The notes beneath the pieces were generated by a model that had not been told where the DNA came from, made no database searches, and saw only the letters and a list, made by a program, of their open reading frames with translations. From positions 62,001 to 126,000 of the forward strand of contig LVLI01000214.1 of assembly GCA_001687465.1 (NCBI GenBank): a stretch of DNA of 64,000 bases, written 5' to 3'. This document shows, piece after piece, positions 1-12,050 of this stretch. This DNA comes from Halocafeteria seosinensis (lineage: Eukaryota). Positions within the stretch are counted from its first letter, which is position 1. Each line of letters opens with the position of its first letter. A program made the translations under genes and the position numbers.

Positions 1-67
1 CCAAGGTATATCCATAACGAAGAGGATACGGAGTCGGTGAGCGAGACTCACCCGGAATTCCCTGCAG

Positions 68-538
68 GAATCGATAGCTCACTTCCATTGTATATCGGAA
101 GGACCCGTATTTATTTACAATGAGGAAGCACTCTCTCCGTCCGTTGGCTTCGGGTCGACTAACCGCGAAAGAGCTAGGAAATTAAACCTGCCGAGTTTCT
201 CCATGTCACATGTGCGGCATGATGTGCCGTTCTTCTTCTGCTCGCCTTCACTAAGGCTTCACATATCATCACAAGTTCCAACTAGTTCCTGTTTCTCTAA
301 CTACTTAAAAGATCCTTCAGACTCCCGATGCTTCAGTTTGTACACCACTCCTCATGGACACTTCCCAACCTGGTCGACGAGTCATCCCCGTTGTATGCAG
401 TCGCTTCACTTTCACCGGCATAGGTCCCCCTTCAACACCAAATATTTTGTATGTAACAGAGATCCTACCCTCCATTCGCGCACTCCACCAGCCGATTCCG
501 TCTGGCATACACCAAAGACGGTGTCTCATGAATACTAA
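68..538 (+). CDS. Possible terminal exon of an upstream gene (unknown product)
   Basis: Intron-like segment 6-67 (AG|GTATAT...CCCTGCAG, 62 nt, the typical size here), followed by an open frame 68-538 ending in TAA. No recognisable domain. Confidence 0.25.
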   Translation, partial: ESIAHFHCISEGPVFIYNEEALSPSVGFGSTNRERARKLNLPSFSMSHVRHDVPFFFCSPSLRLHISSQVPTSSCFSNYLKDPSDSRCFSLYTTPHGHFPTWSTSHPRCMQSLHFHRHRSPFNTKYFVCNRDPTLHSRTPPADSVWHTPKTVSHEY

Positions 539-791
539 AACTTTGGCGGGACATTCTTGCTTCCATTCCCCATTTTATGAATAAGGTGTACTAGGGAACA
601 TTACCCTATACAATTGATGAGACAGTCATTGAGACTAGTTGTATCTGCAGCAGGTCTCCCATAGCGCGAGTATACCCATCGTGGATGCTGATGCTGATAA
701 TGGGTTGTTTGTTCAAGGAATAGTTTAAGTAAGCCCCATGAGTTGGAATTTCAGCGGGATATAGCTGGCCCACAAACAGGATTAAGGGAAG

Positions 792-3700
792 ATGATGCAG
801 GAACATGATGGCCATAGTCACACAACAGGAAAGGAGCACCATCCTCCAGAAGAGCAAAACGGCAGCCAGCATGACACCCGTGGGGTTGAACAATCGCGTA
901 ATCAAGAGACAGGAAGTGTGCAACGAGATAAGCGTGCACAGGAGAGTAGTGGAAATGATAACTATGACGTTATTGAGCATCTCATGGATTTGAGCACGTT
1001 GGCTGAAAAACTGGGAACGAACATTGATATTGAACGTCCGCAGAACTCCACGGGACTTACGCTGGCAGAAGCGGAAGCTCGACTCCGTGAGAACGGACCA
1101 AACAAGCTAAGCCCTCCGAAAGCAACACCAGAATGACTAAAGTTCTTGCTCCATTTCACCGATCTCTTTACAGCTATGCTCTTCGCTGCAACAATCCTGT
1201 CGCTAGTAGCCTTTGTCAGCAACCCTGATGATTTGCTGAATCTTTATTTAACAGTTTTACTGGCTTTCATAATTGTTTTAAACAGTAGTATTGGCTACTT
1301 CCAAGAGCGTCACAGCGGTAAGGTGATGCAATCGGTTGGTAAAATGATGTCGCGACAGTGTAGAGTAGTCAGGGAAGGTGGTCAAATGAGGACCGATGCG
1401 TCAAACTTAGTCATTGGCGACCTTGTTATGATACAAGAGGGAGACCGCGTCCCGGCAGATTTGAGAATCATTCATACAAATAATGTTAAAGTTGAAGCAA
1501 GCTCAATAACGGGAGAGAGTGCCCCGGTGCAATGTACTGTGAAGGCATCGAATGAGGTCGCCTTGCACTCTAGCAATCTCGCGTTCAACACAGCTGAATG
1601 CACCCAAGGTAGTGCACTTGGAATAGTCATCCGTCGGGGTGATGAATCCATGATTGGCATTGTAGCACGACTGGCTTCAAGCGAGAAGAGTGTTGAAACT
1701 ACCTTGCAAAAGGAGACGAAGCGATTTGTTCGCTTCATCTCGATCATGGCTTTGACAACTGCCTTAACTCTGTTTATAGTGGGTATTGCACGAGGGTTTC
1801 CTTTGCTAGAAACGTTCGTAGTAACTTTCGTTGCTATTCTTGTGGCCAACATCCCTCAAGGGATTCCAGCAACGGTAACAACCGCCTTAACTGTGGCCGC
1901 TAGGAGGATGCAATCGGTTAATGTATTCGTCAAGAGACTTGATGCTGTTGAGACTTTGGGTGCTGCTTCCGTAATAGGCTCTGACAAAACGGGTACTCTC
2001 ACTGCAAACCAAATGTCTGTACAGAACTTTTGGGTGTTTGGAAACTATGAAATCCTCGACGGTGCTATCTCATTAGACAGAAGTAACGTTGAAACTCGGG
2101 AAGACCATCAAATGTATTCACATGCTATTCTTCGCCCTTCCACCAAAAGCTCAACAACAATCCTCGAGGGACAATCGTCTGGCGGAACTGAGCACACGGC
2201 TAGCGTTCAGAAGTTTGAACTGTCCTTCGGGAAGCTTTCCCGTTCATTGAATCACTGGTATGGTCATCATATGGAGCCTCTATTTTTTGTCTGCGCTGTT
2301 TGTAATGAAGCCGCCTTCAGCGTCGCTCAGAAAAACGAGCACAATGGGAACGAGTGCTCCGCCCACCGAAGGGCCAAGAGAGCATCGACAGAAAGCTTCA
2401 GTGCATTGGATGTGGCCACGCATACGGAGTCTAAACGACTATGTGCGAGTGGAGCTAGTCACATTCTGGGGAACGCGTCGGACGCTGCCTTATTACGGTA
2501 TTGTAACCGGATAGCCCCTGTAGAATTGGTGAGGGAGAGATATCCAGTTGTCGCGGAGGTAAGCGTTTTGTTGCATTTCAGCATAATCGCAACATCAAGA
2601 ACATGTCGAGTCGTTTTGCAGGTCCCTTTTAGCTCCCAAAAGAAGTGGGCGATGAAAATTGTACAGGCCCCGGAAGAGGAGGATCCTCAAGGCGATCACT
2701 ACTATATCTTGCTTAAAGGAGCTCCTGAAATCATACTGGAGCAATGTTCAACATTCTTACGGTACTCGGCAGAGCATTCGATAGACGAATGTTTCATGCA
2801 GGAAGTTTCAGAAGCGTACGAACGATATGCCGCTCAAGGAGAGCGCGTGATCGGATGTGCTATGGGCATCATTAAGGGAAACGAGGTTGCATCCCCCTCT
2901 GAGCTAACCAATGGAGGTGGACTCTTCGGTCTCACATTTCTTGGGTTGGTTTCGCTGATGGACCCCCCTCGGGACGGAGGTAAGCCAGGTTCAGTGATAA
3001 AGCCTCTGCCGTACTCCTACTTATGCTATGTTTGTGTGCACAGTGTCTCAAGCTATCCAAAACTGCTTTAAAGCTAGCATTCGAGTATTTATGGTAACGG
3101 GTGACCATGCTTTTACAGCTGAAGCGATTGGGCGCAAAGTTGGAATAATTAGCTTACCTACCCGCAAAGAAGTTGCTGAACAACGCGGGGTGCCCGTGGA
3201 AGAAGTGACGTTTGCAGATGAAGATGTGGGTGCCGCCATAGTCTCTGGTGATGATCTACACAGATTAACAGATGAAGGGTGGGATGATATTCTCTGCTGC
3301 GAACAAATAGTGTTTGCAAGGACTACTCCAACCCAGAAACTCGAGATTGTTAAAAGATGCCAAAACCGCGGCGAGGTTGTCGCTGCAACTGGAGACGGTG
3401 TCAATGACAGTCCTGCCTTGAAACGGGCTGACATTGGAGTGGCAATGGGAAGTCAGGATGCGAGCGAAGTAGCACGAAATTCTGCGGACATCGTGCTGGC
3501 CGATGATAACTTTGCGTCTATTGTTCACGCATGCGAGGAGGGCAGAGTTCTTTTCGACAACCTGAAGAAGACAGTAGCGTATACTCTTACTCACCTATTT
3601 GGAGAAATAATGCCAGTTGTTCTCAACTTGGGATTTGGATTTCCTCTTGGGTTGTCACCCTTGCAAATTCTGTCCGTAGAACTCGGAACAGAGCTTTTGC

Positions 3701-4389
3701 CGGCTATTTCCCTTGTGTACGAGTCCGCTGAAGATAATATCATGGAGAGACCCCCGAGAAATGTCCAAAGGGATAGACTTGTGGATAGGCCAATGCTTAT
3801 ATACTCTTATGCTATTGTAGGAGTTTTAGAGGGTGGAGTTTGTTTTCTGTCGTACCTTTTCGCGTTCATGAAGAACGGCATTGATCTTCGCGATCTTCCA
3901 TTTTCCAGTGATGATCACTGGAGCGAGGAAGCGGATACATTCGTTTCCGGAGGAAAGACTTTTGATGTTGAACAGCAAGAAAGCATCCTCTACGTAAGTG
4001 ATTTTGGGTTGTCTCTTTCCCTTAGATGTACATATGCTTTTGCCTTGTTTGCACAGGAAGCACGTTCCGCGTGGTACATAAACTTGATTCTCTGTCAGGC
4101 GTTTCACGTCTGGTTTGCAAGGAGTCGTTTTGTGGCGCTAAAGGAGAGATGCAGGGAAATGAATACCGTCACAATTGCTGGTGTAGCTTTGGAAATCTGT
4201 TTGATGATCATTTTTGTCTATGTCCCATTCATGCAGCCAATTTTTACGACAGCATCGATTCCCTTCTACCTGTGGCTTCCCAGTCTCATGTTTGCTACGG
4301 TACTCGCATTCCTCAGCGAAACTTGCAAATACCGTGCGCGAGAGGGGAAAGAAATATGTGGGTGCTTGGTGAAATACTACGTCTTCTAG
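792..4389 (+). CDS. P-type IIC (Na+/K+- or H+/K+-like) ATPase alpha subunit with one in-frame TGA at 1134-1136
   Basis: Motifs GLT...GPNKLSPP, TGES, DKTGT, KGAPE, DPPR, MVTGDH and TGDGVND. Introns 2559-2621, 2980-3043 and 3994-4056. ORFs 792-1136 and 1146-3071 are in the same frame (TPE*LKF versus the family's TPEWxKF). Confidence 0.93.
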
Positions 4390-4545
4390 CCCAATTGTAA
4401 AGCACCCGTTGGAATCCGAAGACTGCAAGGACACCTTAAATAGAAAATCACAGCTTACCTGTGGAAAATACACCTTCTGAACAAGGCTCACACCTCATAC
4501 CCCATGACGTTCTCAAATCGAAGATTTCTTAGAACTCTACCAACT

Positions 4546-4565
4546 TGTACAAAAATTTTTGTACA
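4546..4565. repeat. Perfect 20-bp palindrome TGTACAAAAATTTTTGTACA
   Basis: Read directly; lies between the ATPase stop and the SR gene start. Confidence 0.9.
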
Positions 4566-4569
4566 CTGA

Positions 4570-4633
4570 AACTTCCAGACAGAACTTCCACAGAAGTTCC
4601 AGTCTGGGAACTTCCAGACTGCACTTCCAGTCC
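4570..4633 (+). promoter_or_regulatory. Cluster of five A(C/G)TTCCA motifs upstream of the SR gene
   Basis: Copies near 4571, 4584, 4595, 4610 and 4623, about 13 nt apart, including the hairpin GTCTGG-GAACTT-CCAGAC. A sixth copy lies near 4720. The regulatory role is inferred from position. Confidence 0.5.
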
Positions 4634-4786
4634 TTCTACTTCAACCTACCGTTCGGCTGAATTTCGGCATTGCTATTGAGTGCATAGGTGTTGTCGTGGT
4701 CCGTACACAACGTCCTAAAAGTTCCACTCTGTTTTTACTTGTTGCAGCGGCTGTACTGAGTTCTTAAACCAACCCTACGATCGAAA

Positions 4787-6247
4787 ATGCCCCGTGGAGA
4801 AACGCGGCTCTATGTTGGCAATTTGCCAGGAGATATCAAGGAGCGAGAAGTCGAGGACATCTTTCACAAATTCGGTCGTATCAGGCATGTGGACATCAAA
4901 ACACCGCAAGACGACCGTTCTCCTGCTTTCGCTTTTGTAGAATTCGACGACGATCGTGATGCAGACGGTATGTGGATAAAAGCTCTCAAATGAGGGAGAA
5001 CATTGGGTATCCCTCGTGCTCCGTCGCCCCCCTGTTTTTCCCCTTGGAGAGAGGCTTTTTGTTTTTTGTAGTTTCGTACGAAGAATCGAATATCATCCAA
5101 AATTCCAACCTTGTTTGCCCCCTACAGACGCGGTGGACCGGAGAGATGGCTACAAATTTGATGGAGCTCGTCTGCGTGTAGAACACGCGAGAAGAGGAGG
5201 AGGTGGCGGCTTCCGCGGTGGTGGCCGTGGAGGCGGCCCTCCCATGCGCGGTGGACGTGGCGGCTTTCGCGGTGGCGGTCGTGGAGGTGGACCAGGGACC
5301 CGGCCTGAAAGAGGAGACTACCGCGTTACCGTCGAAGGACTACCCGAGAACACGAGTTGGCAGGTATGTATATCCAGTTGTTAACGAACAGAATTGGTCG
5401 GCCCCGGCTGTATGTGTTCTGGTCAGAGATATACCTCGCGTGTTTTGGAGGATGTCCTGTGGGAGAGAGTTTGTTGTCCCCCGTCCTTATATAAAACCTG
5501 GAATGAAGCTGGACTTACTGTTGGAGGAGAAGGAAATAGGAAATCATGCGTTCCGTTTCTGAAGAAGTAGGGAGGAAGTAACCACTATCCAGGAGTCCGT
5601 GAGGAATCGATTTCCGGATGGACGGAGCTGACATCTTGGGGATGAGGACGTCTCGTTGGCCAGCGAGGATGTATACTTTTTACTGTCTGGGGAGGAAATG
5701 AGGGCCATTCGTCAAAACCTGCATGGAGTCGGAAAACATTGCTTGCTCGAAACAGTGTGGACACACTAACTTACAATATTTTGCGTTTGTTTGTTTGTAT
5801 CTGTTGTGTATTTGCAGGATCTGAAGGATCACTTCCGCCCTGCTGGGTATGGTAAGGACGTTTATTTTCGTTCGATTCTTTCCCCCCTCATGAATATAGT
5901 TGTTCGATATGGTTTGTGATCATGCAGTCTGTTACACCAGTACCTCGCCAGACGGCACTGGCGTCGTTGAATTCAAGGATAAAGCGGATTATGAGTATGC
6001 ATTGGACAAAATGGACAAGAGCGAATGCAAGAACCGCTTTGGAGCTACCTCTGTCATTCGTGTCGATCCCGAAAAGGGGGGTGGTAGTGGTGGAAAAGAG
6101 CGAAGTCGCAGCCGGAGTCCAAGTCGCTCTCGGTCTCGCTCACCAGCGGATAAGAAGGAAAGATCTCGGTCGCGTTCTAGAGAGGGTGGTGATGATCGGG
6201 CACCAGCTGATAACGGGGAAGACCGTGAAAGAAGCCCCAGTCGCTAA
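4787..6247 (+). CDS. SRSF1: SR splicing factor, SRSF1/SF2-ASF-like
   Basis: RRM1 (LYVGNLP...AFAFVEF), duplicated [12 protein letters not shown] linker, pseudo-RRM signature SWQ|DLKDH, RS tail. Exons 4787-4967, 5128-5363, 5818-5851 and 5928-6247. Confidence 0.92.
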
Positions 6248-6643
6248 GAAAAGGATTCATGGTAGGTGTTTTCTCGCTGTTGTATTCTCCCCGTTCTCTG
6301 TCGACGAAGAGCGATTTCCTTGTCTAGTAGCTCTTAGTAAGAAAAGAACAATGTTTACATTCCGCTTGTGGCATTCAATTTATTCACCGGTTTTCCACGG
6401 CTGTAAAGAGTTACGACAACGATAACCAGTGAGCTTTCAGCAGCTATTCAGCTTGGTTCAACCTTCACAGTCCACGGTGACGCCGTCCAACTAACGGCAA
6501 GTTTTCTGACGCTTGCTACGAGCTGCTCTTGGCTCCAGGGTACAAAACTTTTACTTGTTCGGATCGTATGAAGGATGGAGCATGTTTGTGGGGGAGCTTA
6601 GGGAAGAATTGATGGGTAGCAGTGGAGTAGCAGCTAACTGAAA

Positions 6644-9600
6644 ATGAGCGACCCTCTCAACCGCTCCTTGGATGAGACGAACCTCCCCAGTACACTGGAT
6701 CGAAGGCGACATGATGCTGGAGAATCAGCTCATCAGCGGCCTACAAGGTCCGCCCATATTCCTGCTACGTTCAGCACTTCGGAGCTGTTGCATCGTCGCA
6801 AACACAAAGATTCTCGGAGCCGAAGCATCTCTGGACGGGCTCTGGATTTGAAACGGGGAGGCTCCGAGCGATTCCTCGCTCGTTGGTGGTGGGACAGAAA
6901 TATGGATGACGCTGGTTTGCTGGTTTCTGAAAACGATTGGGAGGAGGAGGAGGAGGACGATGACGAAAGGGTCGCCGAAGCGCAACAAAAGAATCCTCAG
7001 GAGATTTACGTACAAGAATTCGTAAGTACTGATGTAGAAGTAGCCGCGGTAAACTAAATCCGAAAAATATTTAAAATCTGTGGTGTTGCTTCAGGACTTG
7101 TGTCGAGAAGAACTTTCCAAGATCATCCGGGATATTCGCGTGAAGACCCAGTCCTCGGATGTTGAACAGCATAGTTTGGAGCAATCGTTAATGCACACGC
7201 AGGAGCTTCTGACCAAGCTACGGAATACGTGCGTGTACCCGGACGCTAGCACAAACAACAAAGCTGCGAATACCTTAGCCAGGGAATTATACGAGTTGCG
7301 CAAGGAAGCGTATACTGCCAGCTCGATTAACAGATGGCTCGAAGATCGTTTGTATACCGAGGCCTCCAATGAGATAGCGGATGTGCGAATGCCGCAGGAT
7401 CCGGGAACACGACTGTTTGAGAATATTCAATCATTGCTGTTAGAGCATGATATGTTTCTCAAACTGATCAATTCTACTCGGGCCACAGTCGAATCATCTT
7501 CACCAGGTCCCAAAGGTTCTGGAAGTACAGCTCTAAGACGACAGAAGGACGTTTTCGAAGCAGTACTGAACATGCTTTCTTCAAGATGTTTCGATATCTA
7601 TGGTTCGGAGAAGACGACATTAAGCGTTCATCAGGAAGTTGCCGAGTTAAATCACCAGCTAAGCCTATTGAGAGAAAGCAAAGCTACTCTCCAAGACAGG
7701 ATACAGTCGTATGAGACCAACGAGCAAGATCTAGAGGAGCGGGTAACTGAGATGGAAGTAGCATTAATGAACAACATCGTTGAGAACGACGACCTCAAAA
7801 CGAATCTAGAGCATGTTAGACGTGAACTAGAAAACTACAAAAACCGATGTATTACTGCAGAACAAGACCGAGAAAAACTGCAGAAAGCATGCGCATCCAA
7901 GGACACTGAGCTGGAGAATTTACGATCACGTGTAGACCATAATGGGTCGATGAATGAAAGACTGTCTGAAACTCTATCCTCCATCCAGGAGCAGAATGCG
8001 TCTCTCGATGAGGAGAAGACCAGATTAGAAAATGAGAAACAGCAGCTACAAGACCAAATTCGTTCTAAGGAAGAAGAGACAAAAAAGGCCAAAACAGAGT
8101 ACGACGACGCCCAAGGTCAGCTTTCTCAATCCTTGGAAGAGTCTCGCGCTAAGGATCTTCGTCTACAAAGCCTCGGCGAGGAAATGGAGACGTTGAAGGA
8201 AGAGCTACACGTCAAATCCTCTGAATGCGCTTATAAGGAGAGTCAACTCAACGATCTACGGGAAGAACACCAGAAACTAAATGAAGAAATGAGAAAGAGG
8301 CCATATGACGTCAGCGACATCCAGGCGAAGGACGAGGAGATAGCGCTCCAAGAACTGGAAATGGCTGACCTAAGACAACAAGTAGAAGCAGCTGAGGAAC
8401 GTATCTCTGAACTCAAGGATGACGTCTTTGTCCGCAAAACAGAAAATAGCACTCTTACCGAGAGCCTTGAACACTGCGAAATGAACGAAAGCAGGCTGAG
8501 AGAAAGCGTCGAAGCATTAGAAACGGAAATACTGGAACTGCAGGAGAAGCTGAACGAGCAATACAGACGCGTCGAAGAAGTAGTGGAAAGGTCTATAAAC
8601 GTAGAAGAAGAGAACGAGCGTCTTTGGCTTGAAAATATCGCGGAACAAGATAGGGTTTCGTCGTATCAACAAAAGCTTGACTGCTTAAAGGATAATCACG
8701 AGAAGGAGAAACTGTACTTGTTGAGACTTTCCAAGGACCTTGTTAAGGATGCAGCATGCACGCAAGATACACGTAGTCCGTTAGCTGCAGACTCCCAGGT
8801 CCAGGCTATTTCGATACTACCAGACAGTGATACGGATTCGAGACACAAGGTGTCCACGGGAGAGATTGAAGGGGGCGTCCACACACTAGGGAGCAATCCT
8901 TCAAGCGAAAAATACAGGCAGCAGCTTCTCACTTCTATGTACGAAAAGGTGCAAATGGAGGACAGTTTTTACTCCTGTGAGAGTGCGCTCCATGAAGCTC
9001 AAGGTGAACTAAACGAAACCCGTGAGGAAACTTCGGAGCTACAGCGTAACTTTGAAATATGCAGGAAAAGATTGGAAGAGACGAGTCAGGCGTACTCAGA
9101 GCTAAAGAAAGAGTTCGATAATCTCCGGGACGAGTATCTCCAAACGGCGGAGTCTCTAGACGCACGGAATTTGCACGTGCGCGAGCTCCAAAGTCAATTG
9201 GATGAACTACAGGCTCACAAAGAAATGACGGACACGAGAAACGCTAATCTTGAAGAATATCTTGATGAAAAAATGGAAGAGTTAAAGCTGGAAGAATCCG
9301 AACGACACAACTTGGAAATCAAGCTTACAGGCATCGAGGATCAATACGAGACTGAAATTGAATTGTTGCTGCGGGAAAAGCGAAAGGCTTCATCTGATAT
9401 TGAACTACTGAGAGGAGCGCTTGACCAGGAAAAGGAGAAACAAAATATGCTGGCGGAAGACTACCAGTCCCGGGTGACAATTTACAAGGAGCGGGTGGAA
9501 CAAGCGCGTAGAAGTGAACAAAACACAAAGGATGAGCGTGACCAGTACAGAGGCGCTTTCTATGAATTAGAGAATGAGATCTTTGCTCTGGGAGAGCGTG

Positions 9601-12041
9601 TTCATGACACTCTCGGCGATGAGTACATGAGAACACCGAACGGTTTTTCTTCGAAACAAGTAGTAGAACTACTCAGCTTCCTTGCTGATGAGCTTCAAAA
9701 TGAGATAAACCACCGGCATTCTCTCGAGATGTCCATATCTGCTTTGGAGAGTGATGGAAGAGAATGTCAAGAAGAGAAAGAGCGGATTGTACAACTCATT
9801 ACGGAAGAGAAAGACGCTACCCTTGAGAGACTACAGGCCCAGGCACATCAATTTGATGAAGAACGGGGCGAGTATAACAAGGAGCGACATCAACTCCATG
9901 AGAAGATAAACTTGCTACGGGAAGAATTCGAGGAACTACGCACAAAACGGAAACAGGAAAGCGAAGTCGTATCACAGTCTCTAGACATGTCTTCGTCGGA
10001 AGTTAGAGAGTTGCAAAGACAGAATCAAGAGTTGGAGTCCCTTCTTCAGGAGGCGCAACACAAAATTAGTTGGCGCGACGACAATATTTTGAGGCTAAGA
10101 GAAAGGATCGACAGCATTGAGACGAAGCTGAAAGAGGAACAGACGACGGCAGCTGAGCTCCGCTACCGCAATTGGGAACTTGCTAGTCAGCTAGAACACT
10201 TGGATTCGCTTGTCTCGGACTGCACATACACTGTGACTCAGTTGCACCATGCCACCAATGAGAAAGAGCAAATGGAAAGGTACAGTTCTGCCTTAGAGGA
10301 AAAGATTAAGAATATGGCTAATGTGTTAGATGAGGAATTCCAAGCAAACTTGGCACTGACACAGGCGAACAAGCAGTTACAGAAAGGCTCCGCCTACGGC
10401 AGGCCCACTGTGCTGCAACGTTCAAAGAATCGTTGCAGGGAATTTATTCCAACGCAAATACAGGAATCGGCTCAGGCCGGTGACGAAAAATCCCAGCTCT
10501 TAGGGATGCTTCGAAATACACGAAAGCATTTAGCGGAGCAACAATTTAAGGAGACACTCTTGAAGCAAAAGCTCCGTGAGTACAAGCAACGGATCTCCGG
10601 TCTCCGAGATGGAAGACGATCCACAAATGTTGGACGACAGCATTTACTGGGGACCCTACGGAAGGTGCCAGGTGAAACCGTGAATGTCAGCTCGGCTGAG
10701 GCAACTCCTGGAAATCCGAAAATTGTGAAGAAACTCGAATCCCAAATTTCTGAACTAAGAGCGGAGCTGCAGGAGAACGAGAATCGATTGAGAATAGCAG
10801 AAGACGAAAACGCGTCATTGAGTTCCAGTTTGAGGTCGTACAAGAACCAAGTAGCACTTCTACAGTCAGAAAATGAGAGAATGGAACGCATGATCGGGAA
10901 TCATAGTAACAGGACAAAAGGCGTTCAAACTCATCAAAAAACGGACCTTGAAAATGAAGTTGAACGTCTTTCCACAGAGAAGGAGGAGCTATACCAAAAG
11001 CTACAGGAAACTGTGCGACAGAACAATGACGACGTCTACCAACTTCGAGAAGAAAAGAGGAACCTGAGGGAACAGTTAGATGAGACAAGACGTGGTTTAG
11101 AGAAAAGCTTGCGTGATGCTTCTGAACAGAAAGAGCATCTCTATCAACGTTTGACCAGTATCCAATCAGAAAGAAGCAATGAGTTTCATCGACTTCAAAA
11201 AGAGAACGAGAGTTTAACGCGCAACAACGAGCACATGGAAGACCGTCTTGAGACAGCTGAAAATAAGCGCAGGCGTATTGAGCACAGTAATGCGGATTTA
11301 AGAGAAAGATTGTCCGGTTTAGAAGAGCATCTGGCACAAACAGAACGGAGGCTCCAGGAAGTAATGCGGTATGCTGACTATGATATAACTAATTGGAGGT
11401 TCCAATTGAGGAATTTGAGTTTGGAGAAGGAAGAGCTGCAGAAGAAGTTACAGGAGTTGAATGCTTCCAATAAGGAAAAGGATCGCTCATTGAGGACAAT
11501 GCAGAGGGAGCTAGATAATGCTCATTCCGATGCGGAGCACGTGCTTAAAGAAAAAGAGAACTTACAGAAGACAAATCAGGCGTATTCGAATCAAATTCAA
11601 ACACTAAGCGAGCACTTTGCCGAGCCTCGAGGCACGAAACATTCGAACGCTGTAGAGCCGGTTGTTGAGGAAAGTTCGAGTAGAAACTATTCTCCGGAGT
11701 CAGATAAAAATGAAAATTTGAATCGACTACTTTCCTCGCACTTAGAAGGCGTAAAAGGGGATTTCAAGATCTTCCTCCGGTTGCTGAAAGGGGAATCCGC
11801 CATATGTAGCCCGCAGCAAGAAGTATCCTCCCAAACTTTTGGAAGCCCTGAAGGCTCAGATCGTTCTTCCAAGATTAGTGAGGCATCATATCGCCAGCTG
11901 CGAACACCGTTGGATATTCGGTCGCTCCACATGTCGACAGAGTATCGGCATACTTCGTCGTCTCAAAGCCGTAGAGAAGAGCAACTGTCATCCAAGGTAC
12001 ACGAGACTTCGGAGGCGTTGCAGCTTGATCAGCTTCACTAA
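6644..12041 (+). CDS. Large coiled-coil protein (about 1770 aa), function unknown
   Basis: Exon 6644-7021, intron 7022-7094 (GTAAGT...TTCAG), exon 7095-12041 in frame. E/K/Q/L-rich heptad pattern throughout; no motor domain seen. Confidence 0.85.
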
Positions 12042-12050
12042 GACGTTGAT

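Noticed and set aside
1134..1136. Genome-wide UGA=Trp reassignment or selenocysteine
   Set aside because: The 3582-codon ORF and the other genes encode their many Trp with TGG and contain no internal TGA. TGA terminates EFCAB2, the kinase, METTL5, RWP-RK and HECT. The site aligns to Trp, not Cys.
4570..4633. CRISPR array or heat-shock element
   Set aside because: Units are about 7-10 nt with only a few nt between them and there are no cas genes. GAA and TTC are separated by one base, not the two required for nGAAnnTTCn.
5490..5650. Intronic C/D snoRNA in the SR long intron
   Set aside because: No canonical RTGATGA box C paired with a terminal CTGA; only a short CCTGGA/TCCAGG stem.
10472..11337. 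Long antisense ORFs opposite the coiled-coil gene (and similar ones elsewhere)
   Set aside because: Shadow ORFs expected from codon bias on the coding strand.
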